Source of the DNA: an uncultured Alphaproteobacteria bacterium
Lineage (GTDB): Bacteria; Pseudomonadota; Alphaproteobacteria; Rhizobiales; Xanthobacteraceae
Direction of reading: 5' to 3'
Length of the DNA: 64,000 nt
NCBI GenBank assembly: GCA_963761595.1
Contig: CAVXHE010000004.1
Location: 105,601 to 169,600, forward strand
Positions 19,750-31,478 of this stretch are shown here, piece by piece. The stretch's first letter is position 1, and each line of letters begins with the position of its first letter. The position numbers and the translations under genes are program-made. Below the pieces are notes generated by a model that was not told where the DNA came from, made no database searches, and worked only from the letters and a program-made list of their open reading frames with translations.

Positions 19750-19826
19750 GGGGGCGTAGCTCAGTTGGTTAGAGCGTCGGCCTGTCACGCCGAAGGTCGC
19801 GGGTTCGAGTCCCGTCGCTCCCGCCA
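19750..19826 (+). tRNA. tRNA-Asp (anticodon GTC)
   Basis: GGGGGCG acceptor pairs with CGCTCCC (one G-U). Anticodon loop CCTGTCAC, T-arm GGGTTCGAGTCCC, and an encoded GCCA. Confidence 0.95.
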
Positions 19827-20047
19827 TTTCAAAGACTTAGCTCTGTTTTTTGCAGCGGATCGAAAGGTCCGGCCGAGGCCGTGCCGGGCCTTGGGTGCGG
19901 CCGTCACGCCGCCGAAGGCGCTCCCGTGGAGCGCCGGAAACAGCCCGCCGGGGTGGCGCATCCGGTCGCGGCCGGGAACCTCGTGCCGGCGGCAGCCGGA
20001 AGAATCCCACAGAAAAATCACCGATCCGATCGCCGGTCGTTCGACTT

Positions 20048-20887
20048 TTACACAACTCTGACGTTGTTCGGATTGCGCGCCGGGTCGCGCCAGAAGGCGT
20101 CATTCTCGTATTTGCGCACCAGATCGGCGGGGAGGACGGAGCGGCGTTGATGCGCTTCGACGCGCTGTCCGACCGCATGCAGCCCCGGCGTGCCAAGCCG
20201 GCGATCGAATTCGGCGACATCGAACTCGATATTGTCGAAGTCGTGCGCGAACGGTTTTTCGCCGATGAAGTCATAGATGGCTTCAAGCGCGCGCTGCGGC
20301 TGCGAAGTCAGCGTCTCGTAAGTGAGTAAGAGCAGGCGATCGCTCTGCTCGCCGCAGAATGCTTCGCGCAGCGCGCTCCACGCATAGCCGACCATGCCGC
20401 CCGGCGCGGCCAGACCGTCGACGCGCGAATAGACCGTGCCGCCCGGCTCGAAATTGAAAATGCCGGATGGTTGAAACTTGTTGGTGCGGATGAGTCGCTC
20501 GATCGAGTCGAGCACCCACGGCATGTCGCGCACACAGCAGATCACGCGCGCATGCGGAAACAGTGACGAGATCAACGGCAGCTTCGTGCACCACAGGCGA
20601 TTGGTGTCGAACACCACGTCACCCGCCGGCGCGTGCGAATAGAAAGTTGAGAACACGGCGCGCAACAGCGCCTCGCGCTGCGCGTCGCTGATGAAGATCG
20701 ATGTCTCGTTGCCCATGCTCATATTGCGCAGCATGGCCTCGATCAGCGAGCCGACCGGCCCGGTCATGCCGGCATGAAAGCGCGGGTTCTGCCGCAACAG
20801 CGCCGACAGCAATGTCGAGCCGGAGCGCGGCAGGCCAGAGATGAAATGAATGGATGCTTGCAAGAAAATCCTCCTCCTATCGCGCAT
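20048..20887 (-). CDS. sulfotransferase family protein
   Basis: 279 aa. The PAPS 5'-phosphosulfate-binding loop ISGLPRSGSTLL is near the N-terminus, with overall Stf0/sulfotransferase-like organisation. Confidence 0.75.
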   Translation of the reverse strand: MRDRRRIFLQASIHFISGLPRSGSTLLSALLRQNPRFHAGMTGPVGSLIEAMLRNMSMGNETSIFISDAQREALLRAVFSTFYSHAPAGDVVFDTNRLWCTKLPLISSLFPHARVICCVRDMPWVLDSIERLIRTNKFQPSGIFNFEPGGTVYSRVDGLAAPGGMVGYAWSALREAFCGEQSDRLLLLTYETLTSQPQRALEAIYDFIGEKPFAHDFDNIEFDVAEFDRRLGTPGLHAVGQRVEAHQRRSVLPADLVRKYENDAFWRDPARNPNNVRVV

Positions 20888-21192
20888 AGACCGCAGCCGG
20901 CAGGCGATCAGCTTAGCGCGCGATTTTCAAGGAAAGTGCAAGCCGGCTGCGGACATTGCAGCGAGAGACGGGAAGCCGGCCGTAAGCTGCTACTAAGTCA
21001 GCGAAATTTCGGTCCAGTCGACCACTCAGTCGAAAACGGCCCTATCCTGACGTTGTTAGCACACTTATATCCTGTTAAATATCGCGCAAGCCAACAACAA
21101 CAAAACAGCACCAAGACGCTCAGAGGAGGTGCGCGGCTGCGGTTGCCGGAGAGTCGTGACGGCCGGCGCGCTTAATAGCATTGGAGGACGTG

Positions 21193-23755
21193 GTGAGCGA
21201 TCCGCAAGATCATCCAAGTCTCGACCGAGCTTGAGCTCAACCAGGCGATCGCCACGGTCGATGGCGGCGGCGGCGGCAGCTACGTCATCCAATTCACCGC
21301 CAATATCACCGAAGGCACCGACACCGGCGGCGCGATCACCTTCAACGGCAATACGCTGTCGGCGCCGGCCGATCTTTACGCGCTCAATCTGCAAGTCGGC
21401 GCGTCGCTCACCATCGACGGTCGGCGGCCATACACTCTAGCGGGGGCCGGCACATATCGCGGCTTCTTCGCCTATTCCGGCGCGGTGACGATCCAGAACC
21501 TCAATATCGACAATACGCTCGCGCAAGGCGGCAGGCGGGGCGGCTATGGCGGCGGCGGCGGCGCCGGTCTCGGCGGCGGCTTGTTCGTCGGCTTCCGGCG
21601 CGCAGGTCGACGCTGTCCGGCGTCAGCTTCAGCGGCGACCAGGCGCAGGGCGGCAATGGCGGCTCCAAGCGTCCGATCAATGGGGCGGCAGTTTGCGGAG
21701 GTGGCGGCGGCGCCTGTGGCGGCAATGGCGGCAAGCGGCGGCGGCGGCATTGGTGCCGGAGCGAATGGCGGCGGTAACACGCCGGCCGGCTCCGGCATTG
21801 TGCTCGGTGCACCGCTCGCGACTATCGCGGCGGGTGGCGACCTTACAGACGGGGCTCGCAACGGTTCGATGGCGGCGGCATCGGCGGCACGGCCTCCATT
21901 TGACCGTCAATAGGCTTTGGCGGTGGTGGCGGCTTCGGCGGTGGCGGCGGCGGCGGCTATTATCAAGGTCGGCAACGGTGGGTCGGCGGCGGTGGCGGCG
22001 GTGGCTTCGTTGCCGGCACTGGCGGTTTTGGCGGTGGCGGCGGTGGCGGCCTCACTTCCGTCATGGCTATTACCGGCGGCGGTTTCGGTGGCGGCACGGC
22101 GGCGGTGGCTGATGCACCGCGGCGGCGGCGGCGGCCTGGGCGCCGGCGGCAGCGTTTTCGTGCAGCAAGGCGGCACGCTCATCATCGGCGGCCGGCGGCC
22201 TTTCCGGCGGCAGCGTCCAGGGCGGCGTGGCGCAATTTGGTGCCGGTTACGGCGAGCGGCGGCGCACCTGGCTCGGCTTTCGGCAGCGGCATTTTCGTCC
22301 AGGGCAATGACACGCTCACTTTCGCGCCGGGCTCCGGCCAGACGCTGACCATCGCCGATGTCATTGCCGATCAGAGCGGCTCGGGCGGCACCGGCAGCAA
22401 TGCCGGGGTGGCCGCCGTCCTTGTGAAGGGCCCCGGCACCGTCGTGCTCGGCGGCGACAATACCTTCACCGGCGGCACCACGGTCAAAGGCGCGGGCGCG
22501 ATCCTGTCGATCTCTGCCGACGACAATCTCGGCGCGGCATCGTCCGAGCCTGACGCTCGCCAACGGGACGGACGTTGGATTTCAGCGGCAGCTTCACGCT
22601 TACGCATGCCATCAACGTCAACGGCGACCCGATGTTCAACGTCGACCCGGGACAGACCGTCACCGTTACGACGCCGATCACCGATGGGCTGGCGCCCGGC
22701 GACGTCGACAAGACCGGCGCCGGCACGCTGGTCCTCGACGCCGACGATACCTATAGCGGCGGCACCACGATCGAAGCCGGCACTTTGCAGTTGGGCAATG
22801 CAAGCCGCTGGCGCGGGCGCGATCACCTTTGCCAATACGCGTGGGCAGCGGCGACGCTTGAATTCACGCTCGCGAATGCGCCCGGCAATGCGATCGACAA
22901 TTTCGGGCCCAATGATTTCATCCAGATCGATGGCTTCAGTCGAGCACTCGCGGCACCTATTTCGGCGGCGAGCTCACGCTGGACGGCACCGACGGCGACG
23001 GCACCACGCCGGAGACGGTCACGCTCGACATCCCGGGCGTGTTGGCGTCGAACTTCAAGGTCGATGTCGCATGGCGTCGACGACGACAATCAGCTCGGAA
23101 CCAATGAGAGCGATGTCGCCTGCTATTGCCGCGGTACCTTGATCCGGACAAAGCGCGGCGAACGACGAAGGTCGAAGCGCTATGATCGGGGATCAGGTGA
23201 TGACCGCGCGACGGCGCTCTGCGCCCGATCAAATGGATCGGGCGTCGGAGCTATGGCGGCCGTTTCATCATGGGCCGCAAGGACATTCTGCCGGTCTGCA
23301 TCAAGGCCGGCGCGCTCGCCGACAACGTGCCGGCGCGCGATCTTTGGATCTCGCCGCATCACGCCATGTATTTCGAGGACGCGAGCGGCGGCATGCTGAT
23401 CGAGGCCAAGGACCTCGTCAACGGCGTCTCGATCGTGCAGGCCGAACGCGTCGACAAGGTCGAATATTTCCATATCGAGCTTGACACGCACGATGTGATC
23501 TTGGCCGAAGGCGCGCCGTCTGAGACATATCCTCGACGACGACAGCCGCTGCATGTTCCACAATGCGCACGAATACGACATGCTCTATGCCGAGCGACGT
23601 CCGGCAGCCGGCATCGCTATTGCGCGCCGCGGCTGGAAGACGGCTACGAGGTTGAAGACGTACGGCGGCGCATTGTTGCGCGCGCCGGGGCCGGTTCATC
23701 GGCCGGATCACGCCGTTACCGCGTGAACGTCTATCGCCGGACTGCGCGCCGCTAG
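21193..23755 (+). CDS. large Gly-rich beta-helix (autotransporter-associated repeat) protein with C-terminal Hint domain, heavily frame-disrupted as assembled
   Basis: GGAGGA RBS plus GTG at 21193. Readable blocks in alternating frames: IIQVSTELELNQAIATVDGGGGGSYVIQFTANITEG; GAVTIQNLNIDNTLAQGG..GGGAGLGGGLFV; GSGIFVQGNDTLTFAPGSGQTLTIADVIADQSG..VLVKGPGTVVLGGDNTFTGGTTV; KTGAGTLVLDADDTYSGGTTIEAGTLQLGNAS; and Hint domain CYCRGTLIRTKRGE ... LPVCIKAGALADNVPARDLWISPHHAMY..VEYFHIELDTHDVILAEGAPSETY ..YCAPRLEDGYE. At least 6 to 8 frame changes. Confidence 0.7.
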
Positions 23756-23802
23756 AGCATGATCCCGAAAGTGGAAACCGGTTTTCGGAAAAGATCATGC
23801 TC
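23755..23802. repeat. REP hairpin family A (copy 1)
   Basis: GAGCATGATCCCGAAAGTGGAAACCGGTTTTCGGAAAAGATCATGCTC is a near-perfect hairpin, homologous to 36340..36388. It gives the pseudo-peptides MIPKSGNRFSEKIM and HDLFRKP.STFRDHA. Confidence 0.8.
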
Positions 23803-23818
23803 CAACGAAAATCTAGAC

Positions 23819-23848
23819 CTTGATCCGATTCAATTGAATTGGATCAAG
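23819..23848. terminator. 30-nt palindrome between convergent genes (likely bidirectional terminator or REP)
   Basis: cttgatccgattcaattgaattggatcaag is self-complementary except for one G-T position. It lies between the Hint-domain gene (+) and the hydrolase gene (-). Confidence 0.45.
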
Positions 23849-23870
23849 ATCTAGGTGAGTTCATTGCCGC

Positions 23871-24803
23871 TCAGCCGCGATAGATCGGCGCCGGCTGGGC
23901 GAAGAAGCTCCACAGGATGTGGTAGACCAGCGCGTAGTTCTTCTGCTGGAAGCTGGCGTGCGAAATTCCCGGCATGACGGCAAAGTGCTTGTCGGGATTG
24001 GGCAGCTTGGCGAAGAATTTGACCAGATCGTCGAAGCTCGCGATGCCGTCCCATTGGCCGCGCATGATCAGCGTCGGCACGGTGATCTTTTCCGGGTCGA
24101 CCACCGGCAGGTTCCCGCACATGTCGACATAGGTTCCGGTCGGCACCGAATCGTCGAGCGCGGTCACGGCGTCGGCGAAGGCGTCGATGACCTTCGCCTC
24201 GGCGGTGCCGGGATGGTCGCGCTCGAAGATCGAATGAATGAACGCCCGGTCGATCGGCCGGCGGTTTTTGGTGCGAAATTCGGGCAGCCTCTTCTTGCGC
24301 TCGGCGAGCGTCGGCGAGCCTTCGCCGGTCCAGACCATGGCGTCGAGCGCAAGCCGTGCGACCATGTCGGGATGGCGCTCGGCAAACATCGCCGCGCGCA
24401 ACGCGCCTGAGGAAATGCCGTAGACGAGGAGCGGGCGCTTGCCGCGCAGCTTCTCGATATAGGTCGCAGCCGCAAAGCAATCGTCGGCGCCTTGCGCGAT
24501 CGGGGCGTTATTGTTGCGGCTCTTTTCCGAGCGGCCATAGCCTTCCATGTCGACGCACCAGCAGTCGAAGCCGCGGCGGGCGAACCAATCCATGACGGAG
24601 GAATCCGGCCGGCCGTCGACCTGAAGATCGAAGGTCGGTTGCGACGCCATCGACGAGCCGTGCACGAACAGGATGGTGCCCGCGGTCTGTTTCGGATCGC
24701 CGGCGCATTTTTCGAACATGAACAGCTTCACGTCGCCGTCTTTGGTGGTCCAGTGCTCCTCGCCCTTGATCGCGGCAGCGGAGATCGTGGTCATGTCGTT
24801 CAT
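23871..24803 (-). CDS. alpha/beta hydrolase
   Basis: 310 aa. Has the oxyanion region ILFVHGSS, nucleophile elbow VYGISSGA (GxSxG) and a C-terminal His region GISHASF. Confidence 0.85.
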   Translation of the reverse strand: MNDMTTISAAAIKGEEHWTTKDGDVKLFMFEKCAGDPKQTAGTILFVHGSSMASQPTFDLQVDGRPDSSVMDWFARRGFDCWCVDMEGYGRSEKSRNNNAPIAQGADDCFAAATYIEKLRGKRPLLVYGISSGALRAAMFAERHPDMVARLALDAMVWTGEGSPTLAERKKRLPEFRTKNRRPIDRAFIHSIFERDHPGTAEAKVIDAFADAVTALDDSVPTGTYVDMCGNLPVVDPEKITVPTLIMRGQWDGIASFDDLVKFFAKLPNPDKHFAVMPGISHASFQQKNYALVYHILWSFFAQPAPIYRG

Positions 24804-24855
24804 GGCGTATCCGTGCGTTTTTGAGTTTGCGTCGTCGTGCGCTGCCTTCGACGGT

Positions 24856-25857
24856 TCAGTCGATAAGCGCGATGTGATTGGCCTTGATCACCTTAGCCCA
24901 TTTGACGATCTCGGCCTGCATGAAGGCGGAAAATTCCGGTTGGGTCATGACCAAAGCGGTCGCGCCCTGTTCGGCCCAGTTCTTCTTGATATCCGGCCGT
25001 TGCAGGATCGCAGTGATGTTGCGGTTGAGGAAATCGACAATCGGCTGCGGCGTGTCCTTCGGCGCCATGAAGCCGACCCAGAGCGTGGCTTGGAAACCCG
25101 GGGCGCCGGCTTCGTCGAGGGTGGGCACATCGGGCAGAATGGGCGAGCGGGTTTTGCCGCTGGTGCCGATCGGCCGCACCATGCCGGACTTGATCAGCGG
25201 CGCCATGGTCGGAACGGAATCGAACAGCAGTTGAATCTGACCGCTGAGGATATCGGTGCGCATGCCGCTCGAGCCCTTGTAGGGCACATGCACGATGTCG
25301 ATGCCGGTGATGCTTTTCAAAAGCTCGCCGGCCATGTGATAGTTCGAGCCGAGGCCGGACGAGCCGTAATTCAACGTGCCGGGCTTCGCCTTGGCGAGCG
25401 CAACGAGTTCGGCGAGGTTTTTCGCCGGCACCGAGGGGTGCACCACCAGCACCAGATCGCTGTCCATCAGCGGCGCGACCGGCACGAGGTCGCGCATCAG
25501 CGCATAGGATTTCTTCTGATAGAGTGTCTCGTTGACGGTCTGGGTGCCCGAGACCATCAAGAGCGTGTAGCCGTCGGGCGTCGCATTGGCGACGAATTCG
25601 GTGCCGATGGTGGTGCCGGCGCCGGGACGGTTCTCGATGACGAAGGCCTGATGCAGCACCTGCTGCAACTCGGCCGCGATATCGCGGGTGTAGACGTCGG
25701 TTGGGCCGCCAGCGCCGAACGGCGCGATGATTTTCACCGGCCGCGACGGATAATCGTCGGCGCGCGCGATCGAGGCCGTTACGGTGGCGGTCAGGGCACC
25801 GGCGACAGGCGCGCCTGCCAGCATGAACAGCGCGGCGCGGCGCGAATATCGAGGCAT
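24856..25857 (-). CDS. Bug family tripartite tricarboxylate transporter substrate-binding protein (TctC-like), orphan
   Basis: ATG at 25857 (MPRYSRRAALFMLAG.. twin-arginine-like signal). YPSRPVKIIAPFGAGGPTDV, NYGSSGLGSNYH and VPYKGSSG are Bug-family hallmarks. The 275 upstream codons of the track ORF run antisense through nuoA and are spurious. Confidence 0.9.
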   Translation of the reverse strand: MPRYSRRAALFMLAGAPVAGALTATVTASIARADDYPSRPVKIIAPFGAGGPTDVYTRDIAAELQQVLHQAFVIENRPGAGTTIGTEFVANATPDGYTLLMVSGTQTVNETLYQKKSYALMRDLVPVAPLMDSDLVLVVHPSVPAKNLAELVALAKAKPGTLNYGSSGLGSNYHMAGELLKSITGIDIVHVPYKGSSGMRTDILSGQIQLLFDSVPTMAPLIKSGMVRPIGTSGKTRSPILPDVPTLDEAGAPGFQATLWVGFMAPKDTPQPIVDFLNRNITAILQRPDIKKNWAEQGATALVMTQPEFSAFMQAEIVKWAKVIKANHIALID

Positions 25858-26013
25858 GCAATAGTCTGGCAGGCAATAGTCTCGCACGTCAGTGTCACTC
25901 CCTAGTCGCACCGCCGAATTTAGGGCCTTGAATTTGAGCCCTGCCGGCGGCGCGAGGATGCCCTGCCAGGAATTTGGCGGCTCGCCAAGCGGCAGATGCC
26001 TGCTATGCCCGTT

Positions 26014-26066
26014 GTCGCTGGCAAATTTGTCACTGGCAAATTTGTCACTGGCAAATTTGTCACTGG
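26014..26066. repeat. 3.5 x 15-bp tandem repeat in the Bug / nuoA divergent intergenic region
   Basis: gtcgctggcaaattt gtcactggcaaattt gtcactggcaaattt gtcactgg, about 230 bp upstream of nuoA. Confidence 0.9.
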
Positions 26067-26292
26067 AACGTAACATCGTCGCGACCGGCCGCGTCAACGC
26101 GCTCGCCACACACAGGCTTGTCTTGCACCTTTTTGTGCACTGCGCTAAGGGTCGCAAAGTTCCTAATGTGGCGCAAATCTGCTTGATTTTGGGGCAAATC
26201 AGCGCACTCCCGACACATACGGAACCGCGCCGCCGGGACCGGCTTCCGATTCTGGGAGCGTGGTCTTTGCCCGCCGCTCGGAAGGACCGCTG

Positions 26293-26670
26293 ATGAGCCA
26301 AGCTCTGACGCAATTGCTGTACGCCTACCTGCCGCTCATCGTCTTTATCGGCGTCGCGGGCTTTATCGGGATTGTGCTTCTGGTCGTTGCCTTCGTCGTC
26401 GCTTACCAGCAGCCCGACCCGGAAAAGCTCTCCGCCTACGAGTGCGGCTTCAACGCCTTCGACGACGCGCGGATGAAGTTCGACATCCGCTTCTATCTGG
26501 TCGCGATCCTGTTCATCATTTTCGATCTCGAAGTCAGCTTCCTGTTTCCCTGGGCCACCGCCTTCGGCAAGTTGGGCGTGTTCGGCTTCTGGTCGATGAT
26601 GCTGTTTCTCGGCGTACTGACGATCGGCTTCATCTACGAATGGAAGAAGGGAGCGCTCGAATGGGATTGA
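26293..26670 (+). CDS. nuoA: NADH-quinone oxidoreductase subunit A
   Basis: 125 aa, 3 TM. Has YECGF and [13 protein letters not shown] motifs. ATG at 26293 within the track ORF. Confidence 0.95.
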   Translation: MSQALTQLLYAYLPLIVFIGVAGFIGIVLLVVAFVVAYQQPDPEKLSAYECGFNAFDDARMKFDIRFYLVAILFIIFDLEVSFLFPWATAFGKLGVFGFWSMMLFLGVLTIGFIYEWKKGALEWD

Positions 26671-27233
26671 GCGAACCCGCACGCGCCACGCCGCGATCGC
26701 AAATTCTCGATCCGCGCACGGGGAAGCCCGCCGGCGCCAATGACGCGTTTTTCGCCGACGTGAACAATGAGCTTGCCGACAAGGGCTTCCTGGTCGCCGC
26801 CGCCGAAGATCTCATTTCCTGGGCGCGCACCGGCTCGCTGATGTGGATGACGTTCGGGCTCGCCTGCTGCGCCGTCGAGATGATGCAGGTGTCGATGCCG
26901 CGTTACGACATCGAGCGCTTCGGTTTTGCGCCGCGCGCTTCGCCGCGCCAATCCGACGTCATGATCGTCGCCGGCACGCTGACCAACAAAATGGCGCCGG
27001 CTTTGCGCAAGGTCTACGACCAGATGCCGGAGCCGCGTTACGTGATCTCGATGGGCTCCTGCGCCAATGGCGGCGGCTATTATCACTATTCCTATTCGGT
27101 GGTGCGCGGCTGCGACCGCATCGTACCGGTCGATATCTACGTGCCGGGCTGCCCGCCGACCGCGGAGGCGCTGCTGTATGGCGTGCTGCTGTTGCAGAAG
27201 AAAATCCGCCGCACCGCCACGATCGAGCGCTGA
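26661..27233 (+). CDS. nuoB: NADH-quinone oxidoreductase subunit B
   Basis: N2 cluster ligands [22 protein letters not shown] and VPGCPP. The start overlaps the nuoA stop. Confidence 0.97.
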   Translation: MGLSEPARATPRSQILDPRTGKPAGANDAFFADVNNELADKGFLVAAAEDLISWARTGSLMWMTFGLACCAVEMMQVSMPRYDIERFGFAPRASPRQSDVMIVAGTLTNKMAPALRKVYDQMPEPRYVISMGSCANGGGYYHYSYSVVRGCDRIVPVDIYVPGCPPTAEALLYGVLLLQKKIRRTATIER

Positions 27234-27235
27234 CC

Positions 27236-27862
27236 ATGGAGGCGCCGATCTTGGATGAGACGCTCGATACGCTCGGCAAAACCATTGCTGCTGCGCTGCC
27301 GGCTTCGGTGACCGGCTATGCGGTCGCCTATCACGAGCTCAATGTGACGGCGCGGGCGAGCGATATCGTTGCGGTGATGCGCTTCCTGCGCGACGACGTG
27401 CGCTGCCAGTTCGTCAATCTGATCGACATCACTGCAGTCGACTGGCCGAGCCGCGAGCAACGCTTCGATGTGGTCTATCATCTGCTGTCGCCGAAGCTGA
27501 ATTTGCGCGTCCGCGTAAAGGCTGAGACCGATGAGGATACGCCGGTGCCGTCGATCATCGACGTGTTTCCCGGCTCCGATTGGTTCGAGCGCGAGACCTA
27601 CGATCTTTATGGCGTGGTGTTCACCGGCCATCCCGACATGCGGCGCATCCTTACCGATTACGGCTTCGAGGGTCATCCGTTGCGCAAGGATTTTCCACTG
27701 ACCGGGTTCGTCGAGGTGCGCTACGACGACGAGCTCAAGCGCGTCGTCTACGAGCCGGTGCGGCTCGTGCAGGAATTCCGCAATTTCGATTTTCTCTCGC
27801 CCTGGGAAGGCACCGACTATGTGCTGCCGGGCGACGAGAAAGCCGGCGGCAAAGGGTCGTGA
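27236..27862 (+). CDS. nuoC: NADH-quinone oxidoreductase subunit C
   Basis: 30-kDa subunit signature [41 protein letters not shown]. Confidence 0.95.
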   Translation: MEAPILDETLDTLGKTIAAALPASVTGYAVAYHELNVTARASDIVAVMRFLRDDVRCQFVNLIDITAVDWPSREQRFDVVYHLLSPKLNLRVRVKAETDEDTPVPSIIDVFPGSDWFERETYDLYGVVFTGHPDMRRILTDYGFEGHPLRKDFPLTGFVEVRYDDELKRVVYEPVRLVQEFRNFDFLSPWEGTDYVLPGDEKAGGKGS

Positions 27863-27871
27863 GGTCGTGAC

Positions 27872-28309
27872 GTGAAAAACACCCTCAAGCCCGGCATGAC
27901 GCACCGTTTCACTTACACGGTGCCGGAAAACAAGACGGTGCCTTACACCTATCCGGAGGCGCCGGAGATCGCCGTGATGCCGAAAGTGTTCGCCACCGGC
28001 AACATGATTGTGCTGATGGAATGGGTGTGCACGCAGCTTCTGGCGCCGCATCTCGATCCGGGCGAGGGCAGTCTCGGCGTGCATGTCGATGTCAGCCATT
28101 TGGCGGCGACGCTGCCGGGGATGGCGGTCACGGTCGACGTCGAATGCCTCGCGGTCACCGGGCCGCGCGTGACCTTTGCGGTCAAAGCGCATGACGGCGT
28201 CGATCTGATCGGCGAAGGCCGTCACGAGCGCTTCGTCGTCGCCTGGGACAAGTTCAACGCGCGCCTCGCGGCCAAAGCCGCCAAGGCGAAAGCGCTGGAG
28301 GTGGTGTGA
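27872..28309 (+). CDS. hotdog-fold thioesterase (FlK / fluoroacetyl-CoA thioesterase-like family) embedded between nuoC and nuoD
   Basis: 145 aa with a GTG start. [54 protein letters not shown] and KFNA closely follow my recollection of the FlK-type thioesterase family. The stop overlaps the nuoD start. Confidence 0.7.
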   Translation: MKNTLKPGMTHRFTYTVPENKTVPYTYPEAPEIAVMPKVFATGNMIVLMEWVCTQLLAPHLDPGEGSLGVHVDVSHLAATLPGMAVTVDVECLAVTGPRVTFAVKAHDGVDLIGEGRHERFVVAWDKFNARLAAKAAKAKALEVV

Positions 28310-29502
28310 TGGCGGAAACCGCGGCCACCAGAAATTTCACCATCAATTTCGGCCCGCAGCATCCGGCGGCGCACGGCGTGCTGCGGCTTGTGCTCGAGCT
28401 CGACGGCGAAGTGGTCGAGCGCGTCGACCCGCATATCGGCCTCCTGCATCGCGGCACCGAAAAGCTGATCGAGCAGAAAACCTATCTGCAGGCGATCCCG
28501 TATTTCGACCGGCTCGATTATGTCGCGCCGATCAATCAGGAGCATGCGTTCTGTTTGGCGGCGGAAAAGCTCCTCGGCATCGACGTGCCGCGGCGCGGCC
28601 AGCTCATCCGCGTGCTCTATTGCGAGATCGGCCGGCTATTGTCGCATATGCTCAATGTCACGACGCAGGCAATGGATGTCGGCGCGCTCACCCCACCGTT
28701 GTGGGGTTTCGAGGAGCGCGAGAAGATGATGGGCTTCTACGAACGCGCCTCGGGTTCGCGCATGCATGCGGCCTACTTTCGCGTCGGCGGCGTGCATCAG
28801 GATTTGCCGCAGCAACTGATCGACGACATCGAGGCGTTCTGCGATCCGTTCCTGGTCATTTGCGACGATCTCGAAACGCTGCTCACCGACAACCGCATCT
28901 TCAAGCAGCGCAATGTCGATATCGGCATCGTCTCGCTCGAAGACGCCTGGGCGCGTGGCTTTTCCGGCGTGATGGTGCGCGGCTCGGGCGCGGCGTGGGA
29001 TTTGCGCAAGTCGCAGCCCTACGAGTGCTACGCCGAAATGGAATTCGACATTCCGATCGGCAAGAATTGCGACAATTACGATCGCTACTGCATCCGCATG
29101 GAGGAAATGCGCCAGTCTGTCCGCATCATGAGGCAGTGCATTGCGAAACTCCGCGCGCCGGACGGGCAGGGCCGGGTGACCGTCGACGATCACAAGATCG
29201 TGCCGCCGAAGCGCCAAGAGATGAAGCGCTCGATGGAATCTTTGATCCATCATTTCAAGCTCTACACCGAAGGCTTCAAAGTGCCGGCCGGCGAGGTCTA
29301 TGCCGCCGTCGAAGCGCCGAAGGGCGAATTCGGCGTCTATCTGATCGCCGACGGCAGCAACAAGCCGTACAAATGCAAAATCCGCGCGCCGGGCTTTGCG
29401 CACCTGCAGGCGATGGATTTCCTCTGCCGCGGCTACATGCTCGCCGATATTTCGGCGATCCTGGGCAGTATCGATATCGTGTTCGGCGAGGTCGACCGAT
29501 GA
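28306..29502 (+). CDS. nuoD: NADH-quinone oxidoreductase subunit D
   Basis: 398 aa 49-kDa subunit. Has [22 protein letters not shown] and a C-terminal DIVFGEVDR. Confidence 0.97.
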   Translation: MMAETAATRNFTINFGPQHPAAHGVLRLVLELDGEVVERVDPHIGLLHRGTEKLIEQKTYLQAIPYFDRLDYVAPINQEHAFCLAAEKLLGIDVPRRGQLIRVLYCEIGRLLSHMLNVTTQAMDVGALTPPLWGFEEREKMMGFYERASGSRMHAAYFRVGGVHQDLPQQLIDDIEAFCDPFLVICDDLETLLTDNRIFKQRNVDIGIVSLEDAWARGFSGVMVRGSGAAWDLRKSQPYECYAEMEFDIPIGKNCDNYDRYCIRMEEMRQSVRIMRQCIAKLRAPDGQGRVTVDDHKIVPPKRQEMKRSMESLIHHFKLYTEGFKVPAGEVYAAVEAPKGEFGVYLIADGSNKPYKCKIRAPGFAHLQAMDFLCRGYMLADISAILGSIDIVFGEVDR

Positions 29503-30163
29503 GCGTGCGCCGTCTCGCCGAGAAACAGCCGCCGAGCTTCGCCTTCACGCCCGAAAATCTGCAATGGGCGAAAGCGAAGATCGCGCAATATCCGGAAGGC
29601 CGGCAGCAATCCGCGGTGATCCCGATCTTGTGGAAGGCGCAGGAGCAGTGCGGCGGTTGGCTGCCGCAAAAGGCGATCGAGGCGACTGCTGACCTGCTCG
29701 GCATGGCGAAGATCCGCGTCCTCGAAGTCGCGACCTTCTACACGATGTTCAATCTGTCGCCGGTCGGGCGCTTCCACGTCCAGCTTTGCGGCACCACGCC
29801 GTGCATGCTGCGCGGCGCCGAAGCGCTCAAGAAGGTCTGCCATCACATGATCGGCCACGAGAACGACGTGACCGCCGACGGCACCTTCTCCTGGATCGAG
29901 GTCGAATGCCTCGGCGCTTGCGTGAATGCGCCGATGGTGCAGATCAATGCCGATTTCTACGAGGATCTGACGCCCGATACGTTGACGCGGATCATCAATG
30001 ATTTCTCGGCCGGCCGCACACCGAAGCCCGGTCCGCAGGTCGACCGGGTCAATTCGGCGCCGATCGGCGGCGCCACTACACTGACCGATCCGTCGATCTA
30101 CGAACCGAAGGGACAGCCGGCCCCCGCTTCGTCCACCGAACCACCCGAACAAGGACGCGGCTG

Positions 30164-30164
<1 letters not shown>
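29499..30164 (+). CDS. nuoE: NADH-quinone oxidoreductase subunit E
   Basis: 24-kDa subunit with 2Fe-2S ligands [11 protein letters not shown] and [13 protein letters not shown] at 29499 overlaps the nuoD stop. Confidence 0.95.
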
Positions 30165-31471
<1,307 letters not shown>

Positions 31472-31478
31472 GGCTCTC

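Noticed and set aside
21500-22200. GGC-rich low-complexity region with many overlapping ORFs in all six frames (for example 21544..21861, 21546..22112 and 21907..22563).
   Set aside because: These are alternative-frame readings of the Gly-rich repeat region of the single Hint-domain protein gene, not independent genes.
26014-26066. Possible CRISPR array or sigma54 promoter in the 15-bp repeats.
   Set aside because: The units are directly abutting with no spacers and no cas genes. The TGGCA within the unit lacks a correctly spaced TTGC(-12) element.
25858-26682. N-terminal 275 codons of the 608-aa track ORF 24856..26682.
   Set aside because: The Bug-family protein starts at the MPRYSRRAAL twin-arginine signal (25857). 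The upstream part runs through the 15-bp repeat (SDKFASDKFASDKF) and antisense through nuoA.
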